Source of the DNA: Candidatus Aminicenantes bacterium UBA2190
Lineage (GTDB): Bacteria > Acidobacteriota > Aminicenantia > UBA2199
Assembly (NCBI GenBank): GCA_002335385.1
Contig: DCVK01000021.1
Coordinates: 137,635 to 201,634, forward strand
Direction: 5' to 3'
Length of the DNA: 64,000 nt
Shown: positions 9,696 to 20,336 of the stretch, in pieces
Layout: each line of letters starts with the position of its first letter
Numbering within the stretch: the first letter of the stretch is position 1
Notes under the pieces: generated by a model
Told to the model about the DNA's origin: nothing
The model's input: only the letters and a program-made list of their open reading frames with translations
Databases searched by the model: none
Translations under genes and position numbers: made by a program

Positions 9696-10538
9696 TCAGG
9701 CTGGGCGCATGGCCCGCAGGCGGGCGACCCGCTCCTCAATGGGGGGATGGGTCGAGAACAGCGCCAGCAGGCTCTTGCCGCTCAGCGGCGAGACGATGAA
9801 CAGGTGGGCGGTCTGCCGCGTCGCCCGCAACGGCAGCCGCTTGGAGTATGCGGTCAGTTTTTCCAGGGCCGAGGCCAGTCCCTCGGGATCGCGGGTCAGC
9901 CGGGCGGCACCCTCGTCGGCCTTGTATTCCCGCGTGCGTGAAATGGCCATTTGGATGAGGCTGGCGGCCAGCGGCGCCAGGATGGCCATGGCCAGCAAGC
10001 CCAGGACGCCGCCGCGGTTGTCGTCGTCGCGGCCTCCGAAGAAGACGCCGAACCAGCGTGCCTGATAGGCCAGGAACATGATAGCGCCGGCCAAAGTGGC
10101 GGCCACGGTCTGCAGCAGCGTGTCGCGGTTGATCACGTGAGTCAGTTCATGGGCGATCACTCCCTTCAGCTCCGGTTCGTTCATCAGCTGCGTGATCCCG
10201 CGCGAGAGAGCGATGACCGCCTTGCTGGGATCGCGGCCGGTGGCGAAGGCGTTGGGGGAATCCTGCTCGAAGACATGGAGGGCAGGCATGGGCACCTGCG
10301 CCTGCTGGCAGAGCTCGCGCACCATGGCGTAGATGCGCGGAGATTCGCTCTCGCTCAGCTCGCCTGCCCGGTAGGCCTTGAGGACGATCTTGTCGGAGAA
10401 CCAGTAGGAGACGAAATTCATCACGCCGGCCAGGACCAGGGCGATCAGCATGCCCTGCTGGCCGCCGGCCATGCCGCCGATGAAAAGAAAAATGCCGGTC
10501 AAGGCTCCGAGCAGCGTCACGGTCTTCAATTTACTCAT
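9696..10538 (-). CDS. htpX: zinc metalloprotease HtpX
   Basis: PNAFATG, AHELTH, SRTREYKAD, STHPP motifs. Confidence 0.93.
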   Translation of the reverse strand: MSKLKTVTLLGALTGIFLFIGGMAGGQQGMLIALVLAGVMNFVSYWFSDKIVLKAYRAGELSESESPRIYAMVRELCQQAQVPMPALHVFEQDSPNAFATGRDPSKAVIALSRGITQLMNEPELKGVIAHELTHVINRDTLLQTVAATLAGAIMFLAYQARWFGVFFGGRDDDNRGGVLGLLAMAILAPLAASLIQMAISRTREYKADEGAARLTRDPEGLASALEKLTAYSKRLPLRATRQTAHLFIVSPLSGKSLLALFSTHPPIEERVARLRAMRPA

Positions 10539-10896
10539 GCTTCGCCTCCTGTGGCTCCTGCACCAGCACGACCACCTTTTCGTTCTTCTTCATCAGCCAC
10601 AGGTCCTTCCGGGCCTTTTTCTCCAGGGCCAGGGGGTTTGCGCGCAGCTGCTCGATCTCGCGGACCAGCTGCGCTTTTTCCTTTTCCAGGGTGAAGATGG
10701 TCTGCCGCAGGGCCCTGATCTGCTGTTTCGTTTTGATGATTTCCACGATGCCGCGGTCGCCGAAAACGAACGCCAGCACCAGGATGAACAGGAAGAAGGC
10801 CAGCAGCAGGGGGAGGCCGCGGGACTGCAGCAGCGAGCTCTCCTTTTTCTTGCTGGCGCCGTCCTCTCGTTGTCGGAGCTGGCGGGTTGCGGGCAT
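10531..10896 (-). CDS. ftsB: septum formation initiator FtsB/DivIC
   Basis: Single TM, FGDRG, coiled coil, LEKKARKDLWLMKKNE. Confidence 0.8.
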   Translation of the reverse strand: MPATRQLRQREDGASKKKESSLLQSRGLPLLLAFFLFILVLAFVFGDRGIVEIIKTKQQIRALRQTIFTLEKEKAQLVREIEQLRANPLALEKKARKDLWLMKKNEKVVVLVQEPQEAKHE

Positions 10897-11020
10897 GGGG
10901 ACAAAATATCACAAATCATCCCGGGGCGCAATCGCCTGCCGCCGCCTGGGAGCCGGCGACGGGCGGCCCCCAGGCGCGAACGGAGGTCGCAAGCGGATCG
11001 GGATGCAACCCCAGTGGAAA

Positions 11021-11049
11021 TTGACAACCAGACAATATTGGGTTAAAAT
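11021..11049 (+). promoter_or_regulatory. sigma70 promoter of grpE-dnaK-dnaJ operon
   Basis: TTGACA-17-TAAAAT. Confidence 0.7.
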
Positions 11050-11147
11050 TTTTTTATGCAGGCAATCACCCGGGATCGGGTGCTCCCCGGGGTCGCGGCC
11101 CATTTTCGCGCGCGGCGGCCAGGCCCGGAGGGAACAGCGAGGAGCAA

Positions 11148-11792
11148 ATGACTTCGGACGAGGACAAGGAAGGCGTCGGCTACGTTCCGGACGAGAGCGA
11201 TCTGGACGAGGAAGAAGCGAAGGTCCCGGAGAAAAACCTCCAGGAAGAAGCCGGCCATAAGAAAAAAAGCATGTCCAGGCGTGCCCACCACCGGGCCGTT
11301 GATCCGGAAGCGCTGCTGCGCAGCACCGCCGCCGAACGTGATGAATTCAAGGACAAGTACCTGCGCGGCCTTGCCGAAATGGACAACTTCCGCAAGCGGA
11401 TGAAAAAGGAGCGGGATGAGTTCCAGAAATACGTCCTGTCGGAGGTCCTGCTCGACCTGCTGCAGATCTACGACAACCTGGAGCGGGCGCTGAGAGCCAA
11501 AACCGCGGAGCAGGACAAGGGGATCGTTTCCGGCGTGGAGATCATCCGCAAGCAGTTCCTGGAGCTGCTGAAGAAATACCAGGTGCTCGAGATCGATGCC
11601 CTGGGTCAGCATTTCGACCCCGCTTTTCACGAAGCCCTGAGCAAGGAGGAGCGGGAGGGCATCAGCCGGGCGGTGGTGGTGGAGGTGTACCAGAAAGGGT
11701 TCACTTATCACGACAAGCTGCTGCGCCCGGCCTTGACCAAGGTGGCCATCCCCGTCGCCGCCCCGGCAGTGGAAAACGAGCCTGAACCCTGA
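11148..11792 (+). CDS. grpE: nucleotide exchange factor GrpE
   Basis: AEMDNFRKR, FDPAFHEA, QKGF...LLRPA motifs. Confidence 0.93.
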   Translation: MTSDEDKEGVGYVPDESDLDEEEAKVPEKNLQEEAGHKKKSMSRRAHHRAVDPEALLRSTAAERDEFKDKYLRGLAEMDNFRKRMKKERDEFQKYVLSEVLLDLLQIYDNLERALRAKTAEQDKGIVSGVEIIRKQFLELLKKYQVLEIDALGQHFDPAFHEALSKEEREGISRAVVVEVYQKGFTYHDKLLRPALTKVAIPVAAPAVENEPEP

Positions 11793-13606
11793 TGGCCAAG
11801 AACATCGGCATCGACCTGGGCACGACCAACTCCTGCATCAGCTACCTGGAGGGGCGGGATGCCCTGATCGTCCCCAACCCGGAGGGGGCCAGGGTCATCC
11901 CGACCGTCATCGCCCAGACGCCGGAAAAGAAACGCATCTTCGGCAACGCCGCCAAGCGGCAGATGATTACCAACAGCAAGAACACCATCTGGGGGATCAA
12001 GCGCCTCATCGGCCGCAAGTTCGACAGCCCGGAGGTCAAGGAAATCTCCCGCCGCGTGGGCTATGAGATCGTACAGGCGGCCAACGGCGACATCAAGGTC
12101 AAGCTGGCCGACCAGATGTACTCCAGCGAAGAGATCTCCGGCATGTACCTGGGCTACCTGAAGGGCATCGCCGAGAACTACCTCGGCGAGCCCGTCTCCG
12201 ACACCGTCATCACTGTGCCCGCCTTCTTCAACGACGCCCAGCGCCAGGCCACCAAGGTGGCCGGTGAGATCGCCGGTCTGAACGTCACGCGCATCATCAA
12301 CGAGCCGACGGCGGCTTTGATCGCCTACCGGCAGAAGATCAAAAAGAACGGCCTGTACGCGGTCTATGACCTCGGGGGCGGGACGTTCGACATCTCCATC
12401 GTCGAGGTCAACGGCGACATCTACAAGGTCGTCTCCAGCCTGGGCGACACCTTCCTGGGCGGCAGCGATTTCGACGCCCAGATCTGCGACTGGATCTTCC
12501 ACGAGGTCGAACGCGAAACCACGGTCGACCTGCGGGACAGGAAGGATGTCGTGCAGCGGGTGATCCAGGTGGCGGAAAAGGCCAAGATCGAGCTCTCTTT
12601 CGACCAGGAGACCCTGATATCGATCCCCTACCTGCATCATTTCAGCGACGGCTCCAATTACCATTTCCAGAAGAAGCTGACCCGCTCCCACCTGGAGTCC
12701 AGCACCGTGGATTTCATCGACCGCACGCTGGAGCTGATCCGGAAGTCGCTGGACGACATCCATATCCAGCCCGATAAAATCGAGCGTGTCGTCCTGGTCG
12801 GCGGACAAAGCCGCATGCCGCTCATTTTCCGGAAACTGAACGATTTCTTCGGCCAGCCGCCCGATATCCAGATCAACCCCGAGGAGGCGGTGGCCCAGGG
12901 AGCGGCGCTGCAGGCCGAGATCATCAAGGGCAAGGTGCGCGACCTGCTGCTGCTGGACGTCACCCCCCTCTCGCTGGGCGTGGAGACCAAGGGCGACAGC
13001 TTCACCAGGGTCATCGAGCGCAACTCCACCATTCCCACGAAAAAATCGATGATCTTCACCACCATCAGCGACAACCAGACGACGGTCAAGATCCATGTGT
13101 TGCAAGGGGAGCGCTCGACGGCCTCGGGCAACAAGTCGCTCGGCTTTTTCAACCTGGTCGGCATCCCCCAATCCCTGAAGGGCATCCCGCAGATCGACGT
13201 CACGTTCGAGATCGACGCCAACGGCATCGTCCGCGTCTCGGCCCAGGATAAGACGACCGGCCTCAGCCAGAGCATGAAGATCCAGCCGTCGAGCGGCCTG
13301 TCCCCCGAGGAGATCGAGCACGTCATCCAGGACGCCAAGAAGTATGAGGAGCAGGACAAGACGGAGCTGCGTCTGGCCAAGGCCAAGCTGCAGCTGCAGG
13401 AGGAACTGGAGACCGTCAAGTTCTATTACCAGCGCTACATAGAAAAGCTGAACGCCCATGACGGAGCCGAGATCGATTCGCTGATCGGCCGTTGCGAAAA
13501 AGCCCTGGAGGGCCATGACGTGGACCTGCTGGAGGGACTGCTGAAAAAAATGAAGAATTACCGAACAATGATCAACACCATACTGACCGCCGAATTCTCC
13601 AAATAA
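11792..13606 (+). CDS. dnaK: Hsp70 chaperone DnaK (divergent, short C-terminus)
   Basis: [45 protein letters not shown]. Confidence 0.92.
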   Translation: MAKNIGIDLGTTNSCISYLEGRDALIVPNPEGARVIPTVIAQTPEKKRIFGNAAKRQMITNSKNTIWGIKRLIGRKFDSPEVKEISRRVGYEIVQAANGDIKVKLADQMYSSEEISGMYLGYLKGIAENYLGEPVSDTVITVPAFFNDAQRQATKVAGEIAGLNVTRIINEPTAALIAYRQKIKKNGLYAVYDLGGGTFDISIVEVNGDIYKVVSSLGDTFLGGSDFDAQICDWIFHEVERETTVDLRDRKDVVQRVIQVAEKAKIELSFDQETLISIPYLHHFSDGSNYHFQKKLTRSHLESSTVDFIDRTLELIRKSLDDIHIQPDKIERVVLVGGQSRMPLIFRKLNDFFGQPPDIQINPEEAVAQGAALQAEIIKGKVRDLLLLDVTPLSLGVETKGDSFTRVIERNSTIPTKKSMIFTTISDNQTTVKIHVLQGERSTASGNKSLGFFNLVGIPQSLKGIPQIDVTFEIDANGIVRVSAQDKTTGLSQSMKIQPSSGLSPEEIEHVIQDAKKYEEQDKTELRLAKAKLQLQEELETVKFYYQRYIEKLNAHDGAEIDSLIGRCEKALEGHDVDLLEGLLKKMKNYRTMINTILTAEFSK

Positions 13607-13611
13607 CCGCC

Positions 13612-14715
13612 ATGGCCAAGAAGGACTATTATCAAGTACTGGGCGTCGCCCGCGGCGCCGGCGCCGAGGAGATCAAGAAGGCCTACCGCAAGCTGGCCCT
13701 GCAGCACCACCCCGACCGCAACGGCAACAACCCCGAGGCCGAGGAAAAGTTCAAGGAAGCCTCCGAAGCCTATTCGGTCCTGGGCAACAGCGAGAAAAGG
13801 CAAATCTACGACCAGTACGGCGCCGAAGGCCTGCGCGCCGGCGGCGGTTCCGATTTCGGCTTCTTCGCCGATTCCATCTTCTCCGATTTCGGCGATATCC
13901 TCGGCGACATGTTCGGCTTCGGCGGCTCAGTCTCCGGCAGCCGGCAGCGCCGGGGCCCGCGCAAGGGGAGCGACCTGGGGCTGGAGGTGGCGCTGACCCT
14001 GGAGGAGTCCTTTCTCGGCGTCGAGAAGGAGATCGAGGTGGAGAGCGAACGCAATTGCGACGCCTGCGACGGCTCGGGTAGCGAGGCGGGACATGATCCC
14101 GAGACCTGCCGCAAGTGCGGCGGCGGCGGCAGCGTCCGCGTCAGCCAGGGTTTCTTCTCCATGGCCACCACCTGTTCCAGCTGCCGGGGCAGCGGCAAGG
14201 TCGTGACCCATCCCTGCCGCAAGTGCCACGGCCACGGGCGGCGGCGCGAGAGCAAGAAGATCAAGGTCACCTTCCCGGCCGGGATCGACGAGGGCAACCG
14301 CCTGCGCGTCACCGGCGAGGGCGAGGGCGGCCGTCAGGGAGGCTCTCCCGGCGACCTGTACGTCATGGTGCGCATCAAGCCCGACAAGCGCTTCCAGCGC
14401 CACGGGCAGGACCTGATGCTGGCGCTGCCCATCAGCTTTTCCCAGGCGGCGCTCGGCGACCAGGTCGCCATCCAGACTTTCGAGGGCACGGAGAAGATCA
14501 AGATCCCGCCGGCGACCCAGAACGGCCAGATCCTGAAGATCAAGAACAAGGGGTTCCACCCGGTCAATCGCTGGAACCGCGGCGACCTGCTGGTGCAGGT
14601 TCAGGTGCAGACGCCCCGCCAGCTTACCCGCCAGGAAACCGAGCTGTTCAAAAAACTGCGCGAGATCGAAGTCGGGAAAGGGCAGGCCCTGCTCGAGAAC
14701 GACCTGGTCAATTGA
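13612..14715 (+). CDS. dnaJ: chaperone DnaJ (class A)
   Basis: HPD J-domain, G/F region, four CxxCxGxG repeats. Confidence 0.95.
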   Translation: MAKKDYYQVLGVARGAGAEEIKKAYRKLALQHHPDRNGNNPEAEEKFKEASEAYSVLGNSEKRQIYDQYGAEGLRAGGGSDFGFFADSIFSDFGDILGDMFGFGGSVSGSRQRRGPRKGSDLGLEVALTLEESFLGVEKEIEVESERNCDACDGSGSEAGHDPETCRKCGGGGSVRVSQGFFSMATTCSSCRGSGKVVTHPCRKCHGHGRRRESKKIKVTFPAGIDEGNRLRVTGEGEGGRQGGSPGDLYVMVRIKPDKRFQRHGQDLMLALPISFSQAALGDQVAIQTFEGTEKIKIPPATQNGQILKIKNKGFHPVNRWNRGDLLVQVQVQTPRQLTRQETELFKKLREIEVGKGQALLENDLVN

Positions 14716-15410
14716 TGGCGGAACGGCGCTTTTTTTCCCCTCACGAGACCGTCCAGGGCCAGGTCTGCATCGACGGCGACGAGTTCCATCATATCGTCCA
14801 TGTCATGCGCTGCCGCGCGGGCGACGAGCTGGAGATCGTCAACGGGCGCGGGCGCCTGGCGCGCGGCCGCATCGCCGTTGTCACGGGCCGCGCGCTGCGC
14901 GTCGATATCCAGCATGCCGAGGAGTTTCCCCGTCCGGCGCCGCGGGTATTCATCGCCCCGTCGCTGACCAAGGGGCATGCCATGAACTGGCTGATCGAGA
15001 AGCTGTGCGAGATGGGGGTCGATGAAGTGCGGCCGCTGCTGTGCCAGCGCACCGATGTCGCCTGGAGCCCGTCGCAGCTGCGGCGCTGGGAAAAGATGGC
15101 CTCCCAGGCCCTGAAAGTCAACCGCCGCTACTGGCTGACGCGCATCCTGCCGCCCGTCTCCCCGGCGGCTCTCATCGCTGACTGCGCGGGGCTGCCGGCG
15201 AAGATACTGCTCGACATCGCCGGCACGCACCGGCTGGAGCGCCCCGCCGCCTATCCGGTCCTGGCCGCCGTCGGTCCGCCCGGCGACTTCAGCGAAGCCG
15301 AGAAGGAATTGTTCCTTGCCGGCGGTTTCCTGCCGGTCCTGGTCAACGATGCCATACTGAAGACCGAGACCGCGGCGCTCGCGGTCGCCGCCATCTTGAA
15401 AAATGATTGA
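14715..15410 (+). CDS. rsmE: 16S rRNA m3U1498 methyltransferase
   Basis: HHIVHVMR, EKLCEMGV, VGPPGDFS, ILKTETA motifs; downstream of dnaJ. Confidence 0.88.
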   Translation: MAERRFFSPHETVQGQVCIDGDEFHHIVHVMRCRAGDELEIVNGRGRLARGRIAVVTGRALRVDIQHAEEFPRPAPRVFIAPSLTKGHAMNWLIEKLCEMGVDEVRPLLCQRTDVAWSPSQLRRWEKMASQALKVNRRYWLTRILPPVSPAALIADCAGLPAKILLDIAGTHRLERPAAYPVLAAVGPPGDFSEAEKELFLAGGFLPVLVNDAILKTETAALAVAAILKND

Positions 15411-16347
15411 GCTGAAGGGGCAGATCGGCAAATACCGGATCCTAAGAAAGCTGGGCAGCGGCGGCTTCGGCACCGTCTACCTGGCCGAGGACACCATCCT
15501 CAAGTGCCAGCGGGCGCTGAAGATCCCCCATCGCACCAGCGCCCAGGCCGACAAGATGCTGCAGGAGTCGGTGCTGCAGACAAGGCTCCTCGACCACCCG
15601 CACATCGTCAAGCTGCTGACCGTCGATATCATCGACAACATCCTGATCATGGTCATGGAATACATCGAAGGCACCGACCTGGAGAAGATCCTGGACCAGT
15701 CCAGCTCCCTGCAGATCAAGTCGGCGCTGAAGTACTTCAAGCAGATCCTCTCGGCGCTGGCCTTTGCCCACCAGAAATCGGTGATCCACCGCGACATCCG
15801 CCCCTCCAATATCCTGATCAACCTGGACGACGACGTCAAGATCGCCGATTTCGGCACGTCGACGCTGCTGCAGGAAAAGCAGTTTGCCACCACCAAGATC
15901 GGTTCGCCGCCCTACATGGCCCCGGAGCAGTTCGAGGGCAAGGCTGTCTTCGCTTCGGACATCTATTCGGCGGGCAGCCTTTTCTACGAGATGGCGACGG
16001 GTTTCCCGCCCATCGTCCTGGCCAATCCCATGGAGATATACAAACGGGCCAAGGTCGGGCAGTTCACGCCGCTTTCCCAGAAGAACTCGCTGGTGGCCCC
16101 GGAGCTGAACCGGGTGATCATGAAGACCATGGCCCCCGACCTCAAGGATCGCTATGCCCATGCGCTCGACGTGCTGAACGACCTGGAGCACATGTCCGAC
16201 CGCAACCGGGATTATTCCAGCGAGATGAAGGACATCCAGAAGCGCATCCAGGCGCGCGAGAGCCGCACCGACTTTGTCTGCTGGAATTGCCGCAAGGCCA
16301 TGGGCCGGCGCGTCAAGACCTGCCCCTACTGCGGCGAGGAGCAATAG
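15403..16347 (+). CDS. Hanks-type Ser/Thr protein kinase with C-terminal zinc ribbon
   Basis: GSGGFG, ALK, HRDIRPSN, DFG, YMAPE; CWNC...CPYC. Confidence 0.92.
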   Translation: MIELKGQIGKYRILRKLGSGGFGTVYLAEDTILKCQRALKIPHRTSAQADKMLQESVLQTRLLDHPHIVKLLTVDIIDNILIMVMEYIEGTDLEKILDQSSSLQIKSALKYFKQILSALAFAHQKSVIHRDIRPSNILINLDDDVKIADFGTSTLLQEKQFATTKIGSPPYMAPEQFEGKAVFASDIYSAGSLFYEMATGFPPIVLANPMEIYKRAKVGQFTPLSQKNSLVAPELNRVIMKTMAPDLKDRYAHALDVLNDLEHMSDRNRDYSSEMKDIQKRIQARESRTDFVCWNCRKAMGRRVKTCPYCGEEQ

Positions 16348-16419
16348 CCGCTTTTTCTTCCCGCTGCGCGCTCTTGATTTATCGGATTGTTGCGGGGATA
16401 ATGTGGAGAGGAGCCCCCC

Positions 16420-17712
16420 ATGAAACGAGAAGAATTGTTCAAAAAGATCAGCATCGAGAACGACAGAAAAATGCTGCTGCTGGTGCTCGACGGCCTGGGC
16501 GGCCTGCCACGCGACGGCCGCACCGAGCTGGAGACGGCCCGCACGCCGAACCTCGACCTGCTGGCCGCCGAGAGCGAACTCGGGCTCAGCCACCCCATCG
16601 CCCCGGGCATCACTCCGGGAAGCGGACCGGCCCATCTGTCGCTCTTCGGCTACGACCCGCTGAAGTACGAGATCGGCCGCGGCATCCTTGAGGCGCTGGG
16701 GGTGGGCATCGAGGTCAACGCCCGCTCCGTCGCCGTGCGCGGCAATTTCGCCACCCTGGAGAACGGGCGCATCAGCGACCGCCGCGCCGGCCGCATCCCC
16801 ACGGAAAAGAACCGCGAGCTCGTCGCCTTCCTGGGCGAACGCATCCAGAAGATCGAGGATGTCGAGGTCCGGCTCTACTCGGGAGAGGAGCATCGCTTCG
16901 TCCTGGTGCTGACCGGCGACGGCCTGGACGACCGGCTGACCGATGCCGATCCCGAAGCCGTCGGACTGCCGGTCAGGTATGCCGAGGCCAAGGATGACGC
17001 GGCCGTCCGGACGGCGCGCATCGTCAACCGGTTCATCGACCGCCTGGGCGCAGAACTGGCCGGTCAGCTCCCGGCCAATACCTGCCTGCTGCGCGGCTTC
17101 GCCAGGTATCCGGTCATCCCGTCCATGAACGACCTGTTCAGGCTGAAGGCGGCGGCCATCGCCGTCTATCCGATGTACAAGGGGCTGGCCCGGCTGGTGG
17201 GCATGGACGTGCTCGCGACCGGCCGTTCCATCCAGGACCAGGTGGCGACGCTCCAGCAGCAGTACGCCGACTACGATTTCTTTTTCGTGCACGTCAAAAA
17301 GACCGACTCCTGGGGCGAGGACGGCGACTTCGCCCGCAAGGTCGAGGTGATCGAGGAGTTCGACCGCTGGCTTCCCGCGATCCTCGAGCTCACCCCCGAC
17401 GTCCTGGTCGTCACCGGCGACCACTCCACCCCGGCCCTGATGAAGGGCCACTCCTGGCATCCCAGCCCGGTGCTGCTCAAGTCGCCTTTCCAGCGGCGGA
17501 TGCCCGCCCGCGCCGAAATGGTGGATGCTTTCGCCTGCGGCACGCCCGACGGCGCGGACGGACAGGCTTGCGGCAAGGTCACCGTGAATGCGCTGGCGGA
17601 CAAGTTCGGCGAAACGGCCTGCGCCCGGGGCGTCCTGGGCAACTTCAACGCCATGGACGTTCTGCCGCTGATGATGGCCAACGCCCTGAAATTCAAGAAA
17701 TTCGGAGCCTGA
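16420..17712 (+). CDS. apgM: 2,3-BPG-independent phosphoglycerate mutase, ApgM type
   Basis: LDGLGG, PGSGPAHLSLFGYDP, KKTDSWGEDG, TGDHSTP. Confidence 0.9.
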   Translation: MKREELFKKISIENDRKMLLLVLDGLGGLPRDGRTELETARTPNLDLLAAESELGLSHPIAPGITPGSGPAHLSLFGYDPLKYEIGRGILEALGVGIEVNARSVAVRGNFATLENGRISDRRAGRIPTEKNRELVAFLGERIQKIEDVEVRLYSGEEHRFVLVLTGDGLDDRLTDADPEAVGLPVRYAEAKDDAAVRTARIVNRFIDRLGAELAGQLPANTCLLRGFARYPVIPSMNDLFRLKAAAIAVYPMYKGLARLVGMDVLATGRSIQDQVATLQQQYADYDFFFVHVKKTDSWGEDGDFARKVEVIEEFDRWLPAILELTPDVLVVTGDHSTPALMKGHSWHPSPVLLKSPFQRRMPARAEMVDAFACGTPDGADGQACGKVTVNALADKFGETACARGVLGNFNAMDVLPLMMANALKFKKFGA

Positions 17713-17716
17713 CGCC

Positions 17717-18331
17717 ATGCCCTACCTGAGCCTTGATGTCGGCGCACTGGAGACCAACTGCTACCTGTTCTACGATGAGGCCGGCCGGGATTGCCTGGTC
17801 ATCGATCCCGGCGCCGAGGCGGACAGGATCATGGCGCTGATCGATCAGAACAAACTCCTGCCGCGGGCGATCGTCCTGACCCACGGCCATCCCGACCATG
17901 CCGGCGCCGTTGCGTCCCTGATGGCCCGTTACCGCATCCCGCTCTGGCTGCACGCCGCCGATGAGGAGGCGATGCGTTCCGCGGCCGGTCTCGGCCTGGC
18001 CGCCATGTTCGGCGTCGGACCGCTCCCCGCTGTGGAGCGCCTGCTGCGGGACGGCGACACCCTGGTCTGTGGGAGACTGGAGCTGAAGGTCATCCACAGC
18101 CCGGGCCATTCCCCCGGGTCCGTCCTGCTTCATGGACAGGGGCTGCTTTTTTCCGGCGACACGCTTTTCCGCGGCGATGTGGGGCGCAGCGATCTTCCCG
18201 GCGGCGACGAGGAGGAACTGCGGCGTTCCCTGGCCATGATCAGGGAACTGCCGCCGGAAACGATCGTTTTGCCAGGCCATGGCCCGGCCAGCGTCCTGGA
18301 GCTGGAACTGAAGGACAACCCCTACCTGTGA
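17717..18331 (+). CDS. MBL-fold metallohydrolase (glyoxalase II-like)
   Basis: THGHPDH, PGHSPG, SGDTLF, PGHG. Confidence 0.9.
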   Translation: MPYLSLDVGALETNCYLFYDEAGRDCLVIDPGAEADRIMALIDQNKLLPRAIVLTHGHPDHAGAVASLMARYRIPLWLHAADEEAMRSAAGLGLAAMFGVGPLPAVERLLRDGDTLVCGRLELKVIHSPGHSPGSVLLHGQGLLFSGDTLFRGDVGRSDLPGGDEEELRRSLAMIRELPPETIVLPGHGPASVLELELKDNPYL

Positions 18332-19254
18332 ACATGGCCGGCCCGTCTTCCCCGCGATCGCCACTTGAGCAGTTCCTGCAGTACGCCGAGTTCGAAAAAG
18401 GGTTCGCGACCAACACCATCCTTTCCTATCGCCGCCAGCTTGAGAAGTTCTTCGCCTTCCTGAAGGGGCGGCGGCAGGATTGCCTGCTCCTGGACGAGAT
18501 GGATATCCTCGATTTCATCCGTAGCGCGGGGGGCAAGGGCGGCAGCGCCTCCTCGCAGGCCCACCTGATCTCGGTGCTGAAGAGCTTCTACCGCTTCCTG
18601 CTGCACGACGACCTGATCGCAGCGAGCCCGGTGGCCGCCGTCGCCCTGCCCAAAAAATGGGCCCGGCTGCCAAAGTACCTGTCGCTGGAGGAGGTGACGC
18701 GCCTGCTGGAGTCGCCCGACGCCGCCACGGTCCTCGGTTGCCGGGACAAGGCCGTCCTGGAGCTGATGTATGCCACCGGCCTGCGCGTATCCGAGGTGGC
18801 CCATCTGAAAGCGGCCGATGTCTACCTCGGCGAAGGTTTTCTGCGCGTGCGCGGCAAGGGCGGGAAGGAACGGGTCGTGCCTTTCAGCGATGTTTCCCGC
18901 GATTGCCTGAAGGCCTACCTCGACTCCAGCCGGCCCGCCCTGGCCGGCGCCGGCGATCCTGGAACGCTTTTCGTCAATTACGGCGGCGGGGCGTTCAGCC
19001 GCCAGGGCCTGTGGAAGATGATCAAGGGCTACGGGGAAAAGGTCGGCCTCGCCGCCCGTCTGACCCCGCACGTGCTGCGCCACTCGTTCGCCACCCACCT
19101 GGTGGAAAAGGGGGCCGACCTGCGCTCGGTGCAGATGCTGCTCGGCCACTCGTCGATCACCACCACCGAGATCTACACCCACCTGGCCAAGGACCAGTTG
19201 AAGCGTATCTACGACCAGTTCCATCCGCGCGGGAAAAAAGGCAAGGGGGAGTAG
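18328..19254 (+). CDS. xerD: tyrosine recombinase XerD
   Basis: LPKYLS, YATGLRVSE, GKGGKER, HVLRHSFATH, LGHSSITTTEIYTH. Confidence 0.88.
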   Translation: MNMAGPSSPRSPLEQFLQYAEFEKGFATNTILSYRRQLEKFFAFLKGRRQDCLLLDEMDILDFIRSAGGKGGSASSQAHLISVLKSFYRFLLHDDLIAASPVAAVALPKKWARLPKYLSLEEVTRLLESPDAATVLGCRDKAVLELMYATGLRVSEVAHLKAADVYLGEGFLRVRGKGGKERVVPFSDVSRDCLKAYLDSSRPALAGAGDPGTLFVNYGGGAFSRQGLWKMIKGYGEKVGLAARLTPHVLRHSFATHLVEKGADLRSVQMLLGHSSITTTEIYTHLAKDQLKRIYDQFHPRGKKGKGE

Positions 19255-19289
19255 GGGAAAAGGGGAGCCGGGCTCCCCTGCGGGTAACG

Positions 19290-20309
19290 TCAGAACTTGA
19301 AGTACAGCGTGAGATAAGCGTAGATATCGGCCGCGGGCGTTGCGCCGTTCTTCGGCGCGTCATAAAAGATATACTTAAGGCTGGGAATGACCTTCACATT
19401 GTCGCCGAGGGTCCAGCCGAGGCCGGCCAGCACCACGTTGGCCCTGGCATTGTCGGCCATGGGGATGTAGTCGATCTTGCTGCCGCTGGGATTGGGGTCG
19501 AGCAGGCGGTCGTAGCGGCCGATCAGGTCCAGCTTGGCGCCGACCTTGAGGACGCCGAACAGCGAGACGAATTTCATGTCGCTGGTGACCCCTGCCGTAC
19601 TGGAATTGCGTATGCCGAAATTGAGGCCGCTGCGGCCCCAGCCCCCCCTGACGCCGGCGAAGGCCTGGAAAATGTTGACCGAGCTGTCGTTGCCCATGTT
19701 GGTATAATCGGCATACAGCTCAAGGAACAAGGATGGCGTGGGCTGGAAGTTAAGGCGGCCGTAGACCGCCTTGCCGCGGTTGGTCTCGGACTTGATGCCG
19801 GCGCCATTGCCGAAGACGACCGTGTAGGTGAGCTTGTTCTTGGCATCCAGCGCCCCCTTCAGCCCCACGCCGAACTCGCGGGAATTGCCGAACTTGAAAA
19901 GGTCGATGGGCGTCTTCTCCATGGGCCGGTAGCCCCAGAACTCTTCGATGGTGTCGTACAGGGGGGTGCCGATCAGTCCCAGCAGCAGCGTCTGCCTGCC
20001 GAGCCTGGCGGTGAGATAGGCGTCCTTGACGAAGGGGACCAGGGTCGACGATGTCTTGAAGTCGCCCGGGCTGTTCATCTCCAGGCGGAAGCGCATGGCG
20101 AATTTGTCGCTCAGGGCATTGTCATAGGTGAAGTAGACGCGCCGCAGCCAGAAGCCGTTGTTGCTTTCGACGGTCTCGTCGTGATGGGCGACCGCAAAGT
20201 AGTAATCGCCGAACACCAGGCCGGAAAACTTGCCCTCGCCCTTCAGCAGGGAGGCGGGCACGAGCAGCAGGCACAGGGCCAGCACCGCGAAGAGGTTTTT
20301 GCTTTTCAT
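19290..20309 (-). CDS. outer-membrane porin, probably phosphate-related
   Basis: Signal peptide, alternating beta-strand pattern, C-terminal YFKF; downstream of pstS. Confidence 0.7.
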   Translation of the reverse strand: MKSKNLFAVLALCLLLVPASLLKGEGKFSGLVFGDYYFAVAHHDETVESNNGFWLRRVYFTYDNALSDKFAMRFRLEMNSPGDFKTSSTLVPFVKDAYLTARLGRQTLLLGLIGTPLYDTIEEFWGYRPMEKTPIDLFKFGNSREFGVGLKGALDAKNKLTYTVVFGNGAGIKSETNRGKAVYGRLNFQPTPSLFLELYADYTNMGNDSSVNIFQAFAGVRGGWGRSGLNFGIRNSSTAGVTSDMKFVSLFGVLKVGAKLDLIGRYDRLLDPNPSGSKIDYIPMADNARANVVLAGLGWTLGDNVKVIPSLKYIFYDAPKNGATPAADIYAYLTLYFKF

Positions 20310-20336
20310 GTCTTGCTCCTCGATCGTCCGCTGGCG

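Noticed and set aside
10920..11147. CIRCE element, SRP RNA or RNA thermometer upstream of grpE
   Set aside because: No TTAGCACTC-N9-GAGTGCTAA; GC hairpins are present but match no family I can recognise
18328..19254. Tyrosine recombinase as phage or integron integrase
   Set aside because: Size, motifs and operon position fit housekeeping XerD; no IntI-specific insertion, att site or phage genes adjacent
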